Position numbers and translations under genes: made by a program
Assembly (NCBI GenBank): GCA_051530055.1
Contig: CM121343.1
Coordinates: 3,814,389-3,878,388 of the forward strand
Origin: Neoechinorhynchus agilis
Lineage: Eukaryota; Animalia; Acanthocephala
Length of the DNA stretch: 64,000 nt
Direction: 5' to 3'
Shown here: one piece after another, positions 11,541 through 23,428 of the stretch
Layout of the letters: every line of letters begins with the position of its first letter
Numbering within the stretch: the stretch's first letter is position 1
The notes under the pieces: model-generated
Seen by the model: only the letters and a program-made list of their open reading frames with translations
Told to the model about the DNA's origin: nothing
The model's database searches: none

Positions 11541-12309
11541 CCACCCTCCGCTGCAACACTAAATCATTTCTCATAACATTATGAAGCGGATCTCTTTTTC
11601 GGTCCCTTATCTATTACTACCAGTGAAAAGTATTCTGGGTATTACTGAGATTACGGGGAATTCGGGCTGTTTTTAGATTAAACCAATGTTTCTTGCGATG
11701 TTTCTCTACTCAATCTTCGGCCTATCAATCTTTCTAACACCATATTTCCTAGTAAACTTCTCACTCACCTAGGGAGCAGTGTAATTGGGATCCACTGCTC
11801 TACCTTTATTGAAAACAGCCCCTATTAGTTTTGAGTTCAAGTTTGAGTACTTTGCCTCTGCGTTTTGTAGCACCTTCCCTCATCCGACCGACCCTAAGAT
11901 GCTCATCTTTACAAGAGTCCTTATGTCATCGTCTTTAACCTTCTTCACCGAGTTCACAATCTCTCCCCAGCTAGTTCCACAGAGTGGTGCATACAAATCT
12001 GCTGTCTCCTGTTCCACAATCGTCTCCAAAACTATGAAAATTAACTCCCAAAAAGCTGATGATTGGTCACTAATTTTGTCACTCGCTTAAACTTAATTGC
12101 GCGAATCATTGCAGAAATATTCAGCGAATTTTACGCAAAAGAAATGATTGGAGTACTCTGATGATAATTGATCTTCTTTTTCGTTTAACCTAAGACTGAA
12201 AAAATCTTGCGACATCTTGCTTAGGTAAATGGTAAAAAACCTTGTCATCGAATGGACATTAATTGTGATGATCAATCAAATTACTTTATTTAAATAAAAA
12301 ACAATCAAG

Positions 12310-12729
12310 TTAATATCTTGAAGGCCGCATAAAACAACAATTGCGGACCCGTGGAGCCGGGCCGCAGCTCGTGGTCCTTCGTGGCTCGCAAATCATTTTC
12401 GCTGGCGTGCAGCATCTTTGTTCTTCACAGATTAAATCAGGACAAGTCTGAATCGGTTCGCAAACCATTCTTGAAGGACCACATTCGTATCTTGGATCGC
12501 AAATATAATTTCTCTGTTTAACGATTCTTCTTTTGTAAGTCTGCCCGGAACAAGGTAAGACTCTTTCTTGAACTTGAACAGCCGGCTGATAGACGGTTCG
12601 CTGAACGATCAACGGGGGCGGTTGATAACAAACGGTCTGCTGGCAAATCTGCGGACGGCAATTGTTATCCATAACGCAGGTACCATAGTAGCGGGGCCGC
12701 CGGCAATTTCCAACATTAGTGAATTCCAT
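12310..12729 (-). CDS. Cys/Pro-rich 139-aa protein, copy 2
   Basis: Intact ORF, 4 aa different from copy 1, inside duplicated block 12033-13198. Confidence 0.8.
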   Translation of the reverse strand: MEFTNVGNCRRPRYYGTCVMDNNCRPQICQQTVCYQPPPLIVQRTVYQPAVQVQERVLPCSGQTYKRRIVKQRNYICDPRYECGPSRMVCEPIQTCPDLICEEQRCCTPAKMICEPRRTTSCGPAPRVRNCCFMRPSRY

Positions 12730-13423
12730 TATTTCAAGACGAGAGGTTTTGTCTGATTTTAGAATCAGTTGCTTAAAGAGATATCGTTAGCCGCTCCCGC
12801 GTTGCCTGGTTACCGGTTAGAAAAAAGGTTTAAAATCGGGTTTTGGAATGTTGCGATGGCAATTGCACACGATTGGGATCAGTAAGCATGACCAATAGGG
12901 TTATCTAGATTTTGAACTACATTATCAAACATTTTAATATATCTTAAATTGCCCAATTGTTATTTTTATGGTGTTTATACGGACCTATTGCATGGAAATC
13001 AGAATACTTAAATTGTTTACGTTATTGTGAGTGCTTAGCAATTTGTACGAACAAAAGTTCGAGGCAAAAAGCATTCTCCAACCCTAAACAGCGCCGCTCA
13101 ATCATTGCAAAACGAACCAGTGATCAAATGTTATTTAAATCTTCATTCGCACCATTTTTTGTAGTTAAAACGACTTTAGCTATTCTTCATGCATGTTCAG
13201 ACGTCCGTGAAGACCATGGATTAGATGTAAAAGATTATATTAAGGCCAACTTAAAACTAGCTAAGACGGATTTACTTGATTTTTCGAATTTATATGTTTA
13301 ATTTTTTTATCTTGCGTATGACTTTTTCAAATTGATAATCTAATGCGGTGCATTTGAAACTCTAATTTCAAGAGAAACGGTACGAAACCTCACGTACGGC
13401 AGGTACAATTTTCAAAATCCGAC

Positions 13424-16400
13424 TTGGCGGAAGAAGTACATTCCTGTCAAGATTCTGATGTCTTCAGACCGATAATTCCCTACAAAAAGAAACAAGCGGC
13501 GGACGCATCGAGGCAGGTTGGAAAGCAGTGGCTTTCACTAGAAGAGACTGAGCAGCAGGAGAGACAATCAGCGATCTTAGAAAGATGGACGGAGGAAAAG
13601 GACATGGCTCAGAGGATTAGCCGTTTATCGGTATTCAAGACATTTGATGGAGAGAAGCAAGCCTGGATGGAATATGTTGAACAGTCGGAACAACATTTCG
13701 AAGTGAATGGAATTGTAGATAGTGGGAAAAACGAGAATGTCTTCTTTCCTGGCTCAGTGCGACTGTGTTGCAAGAGTTAAAAAATTAACGACGGGTCGGG
13801 CTTTTCAAGAATTAACATGTGAGGATTTGATTCTGGAGCTGGACAATCACTTTGGGGAAAAAATTCACCAGGTGGCACAGCGCTATCGTTTCAGCCAACT
13901 AAGAAAGCGGTCCGAACAAACGCACCTTGAATGGATTACTGAGCTCAGAGGATGTGAGAGAGGACGTAATTTTTTCAACTCCCGAATTCGGGATGAGCTG
14001 ACAGCTGCCAACGATCGGATAATCCTCAATACTCCATCAACAGCATTAATGCCATCAATATCGTTGGAAGAGCTTAGTCGGATGGCGGAAGGATTGGAGT
14101 TAGCAGAACAAACGGCAAAGTTGATCGAAAATGATGAAGTCAAGCCAGCAGTGGTATCCGAAGAGATAGCGGAAGTGCCCTACGAAGACGTGTAAAATGG
14201 CCGAATTGTGGTCGCTCACATACCAAGCAGCAGAAATGTTTTGCCAAAGAAGCAAAATGCTATGAACGTGGCAAAACAGGCCATTTCGGAAGGATGTACC
14301 GATCGCGAAAATCACGGTTCACAAGATACAGCGAAGCGAGTGCAATTTTCTCATCCGAAGAAGAGTCAATAGAAGCAAGCGCGGTGACCAAAGGGGAAAC
14401 TTCGAAGAGCGATGATTTGGTCGAAAATATATAAAGTAAGGATTAAAATGCAATTCGATACGGGTGCGGATATAACGATCCTTACTGAAGAAGCATGGAC
14501 AAGGATTGGAAAGCCGAATTTGAAACCGGGATCAAACATATGCAGTATTGGAGGAACGCCGCTATATTGTCTGGGGAAATGCATGGTAATGGTCTGAATT
14601 GATGGTCGTTCTCGGCGATTGGAAGCGGCGGTTATTAAAGCATCGAAGGGAACACGATGTTTATTTGGTCTAGCATGGTGCAAAGCGTTCAAAATGACGA
14701 TGCCTAGGTCAGTAGAGATCTGCAGCACCCAAAAACAGGAAGGATTTTATGTGAGTCGTAAGATAATCAGTAAATGGTTTCCAAGGTTGTGCGTGCAGAA
14801 GGATGAACCTATCCAGGGGTCAAAGCGCATTTGTGCATCGATAAAGAAGCAAGACCGGTCCAATGCTCAGCAATACGTATTCCCTTCGCTCTGCAGAAAC
14901 CGGTGGAATGCGATTTGGAAAGATTAGTGGAGCGAGGAGTTTTAGAAGTAGTGGACCCGGCCGAAAACGAAGTCAGTTGGATTACCCCAATAGTGGTGGT
15001 CAGAAAAGGAGATGGATCAGTGAGTATATGTGCGGATTTCAGAAGCACGCTCAACCCGCGTTTAATGGCCGAATCGTATCAGAACCCGATGGTGGACGAG
15101 TTTTTAAGCAAATTGGCTGGTGGGAAGAAATATTCAGTTTTTGGACTTATTGGATGCCTACTCACAAGTCGAACTCGACGAGGAAAGCAGCTAATTGTGT
15201 GTAATCGCGACACCTTTTGGTTTATTCCGATACAGGCGATTGCCTTTTGGTCTCACTAATGCGCCTCAATTTTTCCAAAGGATCATTGATGATATACTAA
15301 AAGACGTTGGTAACGTTGGAGTGTATCTTGACGATATAATTGTCACGGGAGCAAACGATGAGATTCACTTCCAAAATCTTAGAGAGGTGTTGAGGTTATT
15401 GGACGAGAAGGGGATGAATTTAAAATTGGAAAAGTGCCAACTTATACAAACACGAGTTGCTTACTTAGGCCATATACTGGAAGATGACTGGGTAAGATCG
15501 GATGAAACAAAAGGACCTGATGAGCGTTGCAATCCCAAAGAACAAAACAGAGTTAAAATGTTTCCTAGGAATGGCTACATATCAGGAGAGATTTATGCCA
15601 AATTTACAAAAGATGTGTCAACCTTTGTACGAGCTATTAAAAAGAGACACTTGCTGGGCTTGGACAAGAGTAGAAATGAGGCATTCAAAAAAGTGAAGGA
15701 GGTCATTTCAAAAGCTCAGAAGGCTGTGCCGTTCGATTCCAATCTTCCAGTGATTATCAGAAGCGACGCAAGGAACCAAGGCTATGGAGCAGCACTTTTC
15801 CAATCACATGAAGGTGTTGCAAGACCGATCATCTTTGCTTCAAGGTTGCTGAGACCTGCGGAGACACATTACGCTACGATTGAAAGGGAAGCCGGAGCGG
15901 TGGTTTCCGCGATCAAGCGTTTTCATCACTACGTGCATGGGCGAAGGTTTATTATCGAAACGGACCACAAGCCGTTGATCCATTTATTTGGTAGAAAACG
16001 AAACTTGAGCACTATGACGAATCAGAGGATAGTGAGGAACGCATTAGTTTTGAACCGGTACGAGTATGAAATTCGCCATATCGCGGGCGCAAATAATGTA
16101 GTAGCTGATTGTATGTCAAGGCTACCCAACAAAGAGTATCAACCGCGGGATGTGAGATCAGATGTTCAAGTTTTGGCGATTATTCAAGACGAAAAAGTCG
16201 AAAGATGCTAGCTTGGCCACACCAGTCTCGTGTATGAGACTCGCCGGGATTCTCAACTATGCAGGATCTCAAAGTATCTTCGTAAAGGTTGGCCAGCAGA
16301 AATTCGAGATGAAGACAAACCATTTGTACATAGGAGTTCCGAGATATCTCAAGAATGCGGAATACTAATGTATCTGCAACGCTTGATTATTTTTCCTAAG

Positions 16401-16586
16401 TCATTACGACAATCCATGCTGCGAGTTCTTCACGAAGGCCACCCAGGAATTGAAGGGATGAAAGCGCTCACGCGCTATTATGTTTGGTGGCCAGGTTTGG
16501 ACAAAGAGGTCGAACAACAGGTGAAGACATGCGTCCAGTGTCAAGTATCACGTCCCAACGTACCAAGATTACCAATATTTCATTAG
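13424..16586 (+). mobile_element. Degenerate Ty3/Gypsy LTR retrotransposon gag-pol (Mag-like), 3'-truncated
   Basis: In order: gag (FDGEKQAWMEYVEQ..HFEVN), protease FDTGADITIL, RT PIVVVRKGDG..CADFR and YLDDIIVTG, RNase H (SDAR..GYGAAL, TDHKPL), integrase HHCC (LHEGHPG..WWPG..CVQC). Many frameshifts; the integrase core is missing. Confidence 0.95.
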
Positions 16587-16599
16587 ATCGATAATTCAC

Positions 16600-17400
16600 T
16601 CACTACAAAGAGCAATCCCCTCCGCCATACTCAACGTTTGTTCAGTTTGACCGCGACGGGATCCATTATTGCAATGATGGTAGTCGAAATTTAGACACCA
16701 TCATTCAAAACCTCTGCTCGGACTTCAATTACAATCATTGCTCAACATCAGACACCACAAAATCTCTCACGCCCACATCAGAAACTTTTGTCAACTCGGC
16801 GATACTCCCTTTAGTTTCGCCATACGAAGTACTACAACATCTCAAGAAATTACCTCGAAATTCGTCCCCTCAATCCGAAATCTCAAACTTTGCTCTTTGC
16901 TACATAATCCCAGAACTCATCGACCCTCTTACCCACATCATAAACCACAGGTTTTTATATGTTATCTACCCCTCATGCCTGAAAAATGCTAAAGTGATCC
17001 TTCTTCTGAAAAATGGGCATCCGATTTCCACCGAATCATGCGGTTTAGTATCCACTCTAAACGCTCTTTCAAAGTTCATCGAAAAATGTTTCAAAACTCG
17101 CCTTTTTACACTTCTTAACAAGAAACTATCGCCCTTACAATTTTGCTTCCGTCACAAATATTCGACGGTGGATATTTGTGCCGGAATTTGCATTTACCAA
17201 CACGCTCCTCCGCAACCTCGACAATAATCCCACTCACGTCACCCGTTTCATTCAACTGGATGTTTCGGAAACATCCGATTCCGTAGACTGGTCACTACTT
17301 CTTCAAGCCCGTTCCGATTTCGACCTCAACTTGTGCCAGATTTACTGGCTAGCCTTTGTTTCACAACCATCAACAATGACCAATACCAGAGGATGGCTGG
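16600..17400 (+). mobile_element. Degenerate LINE RT fragment
   Basis: LSKFIEKCFKTRL..LSPLQFCFR..ST followed by LDVSETSDSVDWSLLL (LDxSKAFDxVxxxxL motif). Confidence 0.8.
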
Positions 17401-17599
17401 ATATATCCTATCGGGTACAGAGTTCCGATCTAATAACGAATGCTTACTATGAAACGATAAAAGATGTTCAATAAATTTTTATTTGCGCTAAAGAAATGTG
17501 TAAGGATTGATTCTGAAATATTAAAAACATTGTTCCAGCAACGGGCAGACATCAAATATGAGCTTATTGACCAAAATGCGTAAGTAGCCATTAAAAACC

Positions 17600-17830
17600 C
17601 GACTAATTATTGCCTAACAGCACCAAAACAGCTAGGACATTGGCTAGCATGTTGCGAACTTTTATGCCGGTGGATAAATACACAGTATCATCGAGTGCCG
17701 TGCTCCTAAGAAGATTGAAGGCGCACGGGAATAGCGAATATAAAATGATCTCTGCTAATGTCAAGTCTCTATTTAAAAAGTGCCATTGGACTCAACGATC
17801 TACCTTGCGTTTCCTATACTTCAACGTGAT
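17600..17830 (+). mobile_element. Penelope-like RT fragment
   Basis: KTARTLASMLRTF..MISANVKSLFK then, after a frameshift, VPLDST; resembles the Penelope motif LVSFDVxSLFTxVP. Confidence 0.55.
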
Positions 17831-17940
17831 GTGAAAAAAGGATTTAATTTAACAAACCCCAAAGGAAGGAACTCTTACACATATGCATGAGGAGCACGAA
17901 TTTCAATTTCGAAGGTAAGAGCTACGATTTCTGCCACATG

Positions 17941-19080
17941 CTGAAGCATAGTTACATTCAACGGTCATAGGCGAATCGCAATGCGTTCCCCTTTTTGGAC
18001 TTTTTGATAATTAGATAAGAAACAGAGTTTGCAACCAGTGATTATACAGGAAGATTGGCGCACCGATGACAAATACTCATTTATCAAAATGGTCCCGTTT
18101 AATTATAAAACGAAAAGCATGAAGTCTCGGTTTGATTGTGCCTACTACTATTGCTCCAATAGGGATTTCCTCAAAAATAAGTCAGAGCTTCTTAGAAATA
18201 CGTTCAAAGGAAAGGGCTATCAAATCTACGTGATAAGAAGAGCAAGTTGCAGTTTTCTATGGAAGGAAAACAGCGTGACAGGAGTCGAAACGAAGGGCCT
18301 TCATAAGTGTGGCATTCGTCGGCGAAGAGTTTTTCACCACAATTAACGATTTGATTAATGGAGCTGCGCCCAAAGACATAGATTCTAATAACAAAAGAAC
18401 AAAAAAATGCTCTGAGGAGAGGTACTGATGCCAGTTCTGCTATGGAATGTTCGTGATTTCATTTCTGGACTGTTCTGCTACTTTCTTGAGAAAGCTTTTT
18501 CGACAAAAGAATATCAGCGGACACGAACTTCGGTCCAGCGTATTGACAGAAATATATTTCCTTTTTGACAACTTTTTGTTTTTAACCGGTAAAAACAAAA
18601 CTTGATCATTGATGCGGCTGGAAAATCAAGTTGTGTTTCAAAAGGTTTTCTACAAATTACCGTTGCATTGCCTTTAATACATTCCCACAAACCATTGATC
18701 GGGCTTGTTATGGAAATTGGCTGGGATGGACTCTGAGAGCTCCATGTTTTTTGGAGGCATTTCCATTCGTATTTAAGTACGCAATTTGTCGATGGACATT
18801 TGTTTATTCAAATCTTTTGATCGGCATTTTCGAATCAACACAATCGCACTCTTCTCCATTAAGTGCGATACACAAATAAGCTCACAATGAACACCTATAA
18901 CTGATTTTGGTTTTCTTGTTAGTGTTCTTTAACATATTACCATGAGTCTTTTCTTTATTTTGCTATCCGGTACTCATTTTGCCCAAGGCCAGCAATTTCT
19001 CTAATTTGATTAAAAGCCTTCATGGGGCTAAATCGTTTATCGCATTTAACAACGGAATCTTAGAGGATTGAAAGTGGAGC
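17941..19080. repeat. 1.14-kb dispersed duplication, copy 1 (copy 2 at 39641-40781)
   Basis: Near-identical sequence from GTTACATTCAACGGTC to GAAAGTGGAG; both copies encode the same 105-aa ORF. Confidence 0.95.
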
Positions 19081-19787
19081 TTTTAACACGATGAAATTAT
19101 CGTGGATTTTTCATCCATCGCTCTGATATGTGCGAGCCTTGATTGACGTTCATAAGATTGGTTGTGTATTATCGTGTAGTTGTAGCGGTGAATGTGAGAA
19201 ACTATTAATAAGAAATTAAATGTGTACCGATTTTCATTTTTGTTTATAGGAAAACAGGTTCCATGTTGGTATTATATAGAGAATCATCGATTAGTGAACT
19301 ACGACTTTCTGAGAGCAGAATATTTGCGAAAAACAACTTTTTGCTTCGCCCAACAAAACTACAAACAGTTGCAATGGCTCAAATCCTAAAAAAGAAACGT
19401 TCATGAAACCTCAGCGTCCTGCTCGTCCAATGAAATGTTATGGCCACGTTTTGCCGAAAAACTTGCAATGGATTGAATTTACAATGAACCAAAAGAAATT
19501 TGTAACAAAAATATGAAAATTAACTCCCAAAAGCTGATGATTGGTCACTAATTTTGTCACTCGCTTAAACTTAATTGCACGAATCATCGTAGTAATATTC
19601 AGCGAATTTTACGTAAAAGAAATGATTGGAGTACTCTGATGATAATTGATCTTCTTTTTCGTTTAACATAAGACTGAAAAAATCTTGCGACATCTTGCTT
19701 AGGTAAATGGTAAAAAACCTTGTCATCGAATGGACATTAATTGTGATGATCAATCAAATTACTTTATCTAAATAAAAAACAATCAAG

Positions 19788-20207
19788 TTAATATCTTGAA
19801 GGCCGCATAAAACAACAATTGCGGACCCGTGGAGCCGGGCCGCAGCTCGTACTCCTTCGTGGCTCGCAAATCATTTTCGCTGGCGTGCAGCATCTTTGTT
19901 CTTCACAGATTAAATCAGGACAAGTCTGAATCGGTTCGCAAACCATTCTTGAAGGACCACATTCGTATCTTGGATCGCAAATATAATTTCCCTGTTTAAC
20001 GATTCTTCTTTTGTAAGTCTGCCCGGAACAAGGTAAGACTCTTTCTTGAACTTGAACAGCCGGCTGATAGACGGTTCGCTGAACGATCAACGGGGGCGGT
20101 TGATAACAAACGGTCTGCTGGCAAATCTGCGGACGGCAATTGTTATCCATAACGCAGGTATCATAGTAGCGGGGCCGCCGGCAATTTCCAACATTAGTGA
20201 ATTCCAT
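19788..20207 (-). CDS. Cys/Pro-rich 139-aa protein, copy 3 (probable parental locus)
   Basis: Intact ORF. Its flanks cover both other duplicated blocks and continue into the neighbouring spliced gene. Confidence 0.8.
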   Translation of the reverse strand: MEFTNVGNCRRPRYYDTCVMDNNCRPQICQQTVCYQPPPLIVQRTVYQPAVQVQERVLPCSGQTYKRRIVKQGNYICDPRYECGPSRMVCEPIQTCPDLICEEQRCCTPAKMICEPRRSTSCGPAPRVRNCCFMRPSRY

Positions 20208-20967
20208 TATTTCAAGACGAGAGGTTTTGTCTGATTTTAGAATCAGTTGCTTAAAGAGATATCGTTAGCCGCTCCCGCGTTGCCTGGTTACCGGTTAGAA
20301 AAAAGGTTTAAAATCGGGTTTTGGAATGTTGCGATGGCAATTGCACACGATTGGGATCAGTAAGCATGACCAATAGGGTTATCTAGATTTTGAACTACAT
20401 AATCAAACATTTTAATATATCTTAAATTGCCCAATTGTTATTTTTATGGTGTTTATACGGACCACAATAACTTCCTATTGCATGGAAATCAGAATACTTA
20501 AATTGTTTACGTTATTGTGAGTGCTTAGCAATTTGTACGAACAAAAGTTCGAGGCAAAAAGCATTCTCCAACCCTAAACAGCGCCGCTCAATCAGCTAAA
20601 TCATTGCAAAACGAACCAGTGATCAAATGTTATTTAAATCTTCATTCGCACCATTTTTTGTAGTTAAAACGACTTTAGCTATTCTTGATGCATGTTCGGG
20701 ACCCAATAGTACATGGGTTTAATTTCTTGAACTAAAAAATCAATAAAACGTGTTATTTTTTATATGTAAGTGACAAGCGGCGTTTGATTGCAATTCCAAA
20801 ACGATTTAAAAGAGACAATTATGGCGGTTATTAATGCGACGATATGAGATTGCTTTTTATTTTCACATAGATGGACATTGATTTCGCCCATAGACATTGA
20901 CTTTTAAAGCTCGCGTACTCACAAACCAAATAAGGTTCCAAATCTATTTGAACATTATCTTGCTTTT

Positions 20968-21690
20968 TTACTCCGCCGGAGTTGTCCTTTTTCGATTGTC
21001 TATAAGCATACGTAAGCAAATGATATCCATCACAATCGCAATAAAATGTAGTAGCATTATGAATACCGTTCTACTTTGGATTGTCATACATTCTACAGCG
21101 CGAAAAAGTGGATAAACGGACATTTCGAAGAAAAAGAAGATCCTACCAATCATTGCAAAGATATTGGCTGCAATTGTTGATACATAGCATATCACCATCG
21201 TTTGCTTTTCTGCACTTGACCAGCTCTGAACATGCAGAATCGCATAACCTATAGACGTAAATGAATTATTTAAAGACCACAATTAATTATTGAGTCTTGC
21301 CTATCATTAAACTGGGTTGATATAAGATCTGCTTTGTATCGGTAGTGCTCTTCAGTTGGTTCCAATAGTGATCATAAAATCTCTATCAAGAAAAAAAGCT
21401 TGCACATGATAAAGATGTTCACTTACGATTGAAGCCAACGCAAGTAGTATTGCGATTTTCATCGCGTGCCACAGTAGAACGGGGATCGGAAATTGGTCTT
21501 GTCGATATGATAGTGGTCCAAGGAGTTGGCTAATCTTCGAACAGGGGATACGACCTTCGGCACTTTCGCCAACTCCCAGAATCTTCCTTGTTTTTAACCT
21601 GGAATATCTCTCCATGTCGAGATGATAGTAATCTACAATTGGATATGTCCAAATGTTCGGAAATTTGGTAACATTTAAGACGATCATTGC
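20968..21690 (-). CDS. Hypothetical multipass membrane protein (5' end unresolved)
   Basis: Three short introns (two GT-AG, one GC-AG at 21249-21300) give a continuous frame with about four hydrophobic segments ending in RKRTTPAE*. Family not recognised. Confidence 0.55.
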
Positions 21691-22855
21691 TTATTTCAAG
21701 TTCTAACGGAAGGGGGTGAAACCAACCGCCACACTTTCAGGAAAAGCAGCAAGTATGAAATATCCTGCGAGTACCGACTTTTGTGGATGCTGTGCCGCAT
21801 GTTGCGTTTACTTCATCTTTTCGTCAATGCATGTGTGTAAGCCCTACGAACCACTGTGTGGCTCGATATTATTGAGGCGCATTGTAGCTACTGTCAGTTG
21901 GTATGCTGCTGCTGCTGTCGCTCGGTGATTTGTCTCTGTTACGACGGGATGACTGCGGCGGATCCATTCGAGACGATGTGTAAGACTTGAAGCTTACGAC
22001 TTGACTTTGTGCTAAATGCGGAAATACAACTCGAAAAATTTAGGACTGAGAAATCTTTAAAGGAAAGATATGGCTCATATGTTTTGCACGCTATTATCCG
22101 CCTACTGCACTTGGGCCATCAACATAATACTGTCTGATGCGAATTTCCCGCAATAATAGTTGTTCAATTCGATCGTATGACTAAAGTCACGTCTTCTTCT
22201 CATGAGTGCCATCCAGACAACCTAACAACATAGAAATCAATCAGAAGCCACCTCATTCATTCTATGGTGCAAATCTGTGACTTTTTGCAGGCAATGTATA
22301 TTTTGGCACTAAGACTAATGAAAATGCTATAGACAATACCCATCGAGCTTCTTTTATTACAATATATTATCCACAACGGGTACGGTGAGTGCAGTCTTCT
22401 CGTGTGATAAGATTGTGTCCTCGAAGAACTTATAAGAGATTATATCTTTGTGTTATATTATTGTCACTATTTACGATAAACCTCGTCGTTTGCCATATAC
22501 ATAACTCCGAGAAAACATTCAACGCCTCTATCGCCATCGTGTGAATATGATTAATAGGCGGTTAGTGTACTCAGTAGCAACTTTCTTTGATTTACTCAAA
22601 AAATATTAGCAAATCATTATACTCGTCCCGCTTAATTTAAGAATTAGCCAATGTCCAATTCGGTGGGCTTTGTGGCAAACTGTTCCATGTTAGCCGATTG
22701 TGTAACGCCTATTGAATATTTGAATAAAAGATTCTCATTCAATAAAGTTGTGAGGTTTACGTTTGAAAAACGATCTCACAATATAGAAATATTTATGTTT
22801 CTGTCCAATGGTTGTTGAATCTTTATTTCTTTTATAATGCAAGGAATTTCATTGG

Positions 22856-23428
22856 TTGGTCTCAGTCGCATTGGCGTTTAGGTGTGATACTTGCAGAGGC
22901 CAGTTCGTTCGTGGTTCAGAAACAACTGAATTTGAAGGCAAGTTTTACCATCCCGATTGTTTTAATTGTGCAGGATGTCACCAGCAAATCAATGATAAGT
23001 TCTATCATGTCGACGATAAGTATATCTGTAATCGTTGCTACAAAAGATCCAAACCTACACAGATTTGTTGCAAGTGCCAAAACGAGATTACATCCAGTGG
23101 CGTGTCGTTCAATCAAAATATTTATCATGATCAGTGCTTCGGATGCTCGATTTGTAGCCAACTATTGACAGCTCAAGTGCCTATTAACATCATCAATGGC
23201 GCTCCGGTTTGTCGGCAATGTTTTGAGTTCCAATATGGAAAAACGTGCCACTCGTGCAAGCAGAAAATCGGTCTAGATGTGGAATATGTCGAATACGATT
23301 GTTCCTTTTGGCACAAAAAGTGTTTCAATTGCTCGAAATGTCAAAAATCGATAGCTGAGACGATGTTCTACGAGGATCATGACAAGTTTCTGTGTCTTAC
23401 TTGTGCGCAACAAAGTACATCAATTTGA
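22856..23428 (+). CDS. Three-LIM-domain protein (FHL/paxillin-like); start codon/first exon unresolved
   Basis: Three CX2C-X16-23-HX2CX2CX2C-X16-21-CX2C units (CDTC..HPDCFNCAGC; CCKC..HDQCFGCSIC; CHSC..HKKCFNCSKC). Confidence 0.9.
   Translation: MVSVALAFRCDTCRGQFVRGSETTEFEGKFYHPDCFNCAGCHQQINDKFYHVDDKYICNRCYKRSKPTQICCKCQNEITSSGVSFNQNIYHDQCFGCSICSQLLTAQVPINIINGAPVCRQCFEFQYGKTCHSCKQKIGLDVEYVEYDCSFWHKKCFNCSKCQKSIAETMFYEDHDKFLCLTCAQQSTSI

Noticed and set aside
13199-13423. 5' LTR/PBS of the Gypsy element
   Set aside because: No TG...CA-bounded repeat or second LTR copy is visible; TGGCG near 13425 alone is insufficient.
21716-21990. Stop-codon reassignment (alternative genetic code), suggested by coding-like frames with stops here and at 62400-63500
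   Set aside because: Conserved genes in the window have no internal stops and end in TAA, TAG or TGA normally.
22230-22560. Possible small spliced plus-strand gene
   Set aside because: Needs a 27-nt intron, shorter than any other seen here, and has no start codon or recognisable motif.
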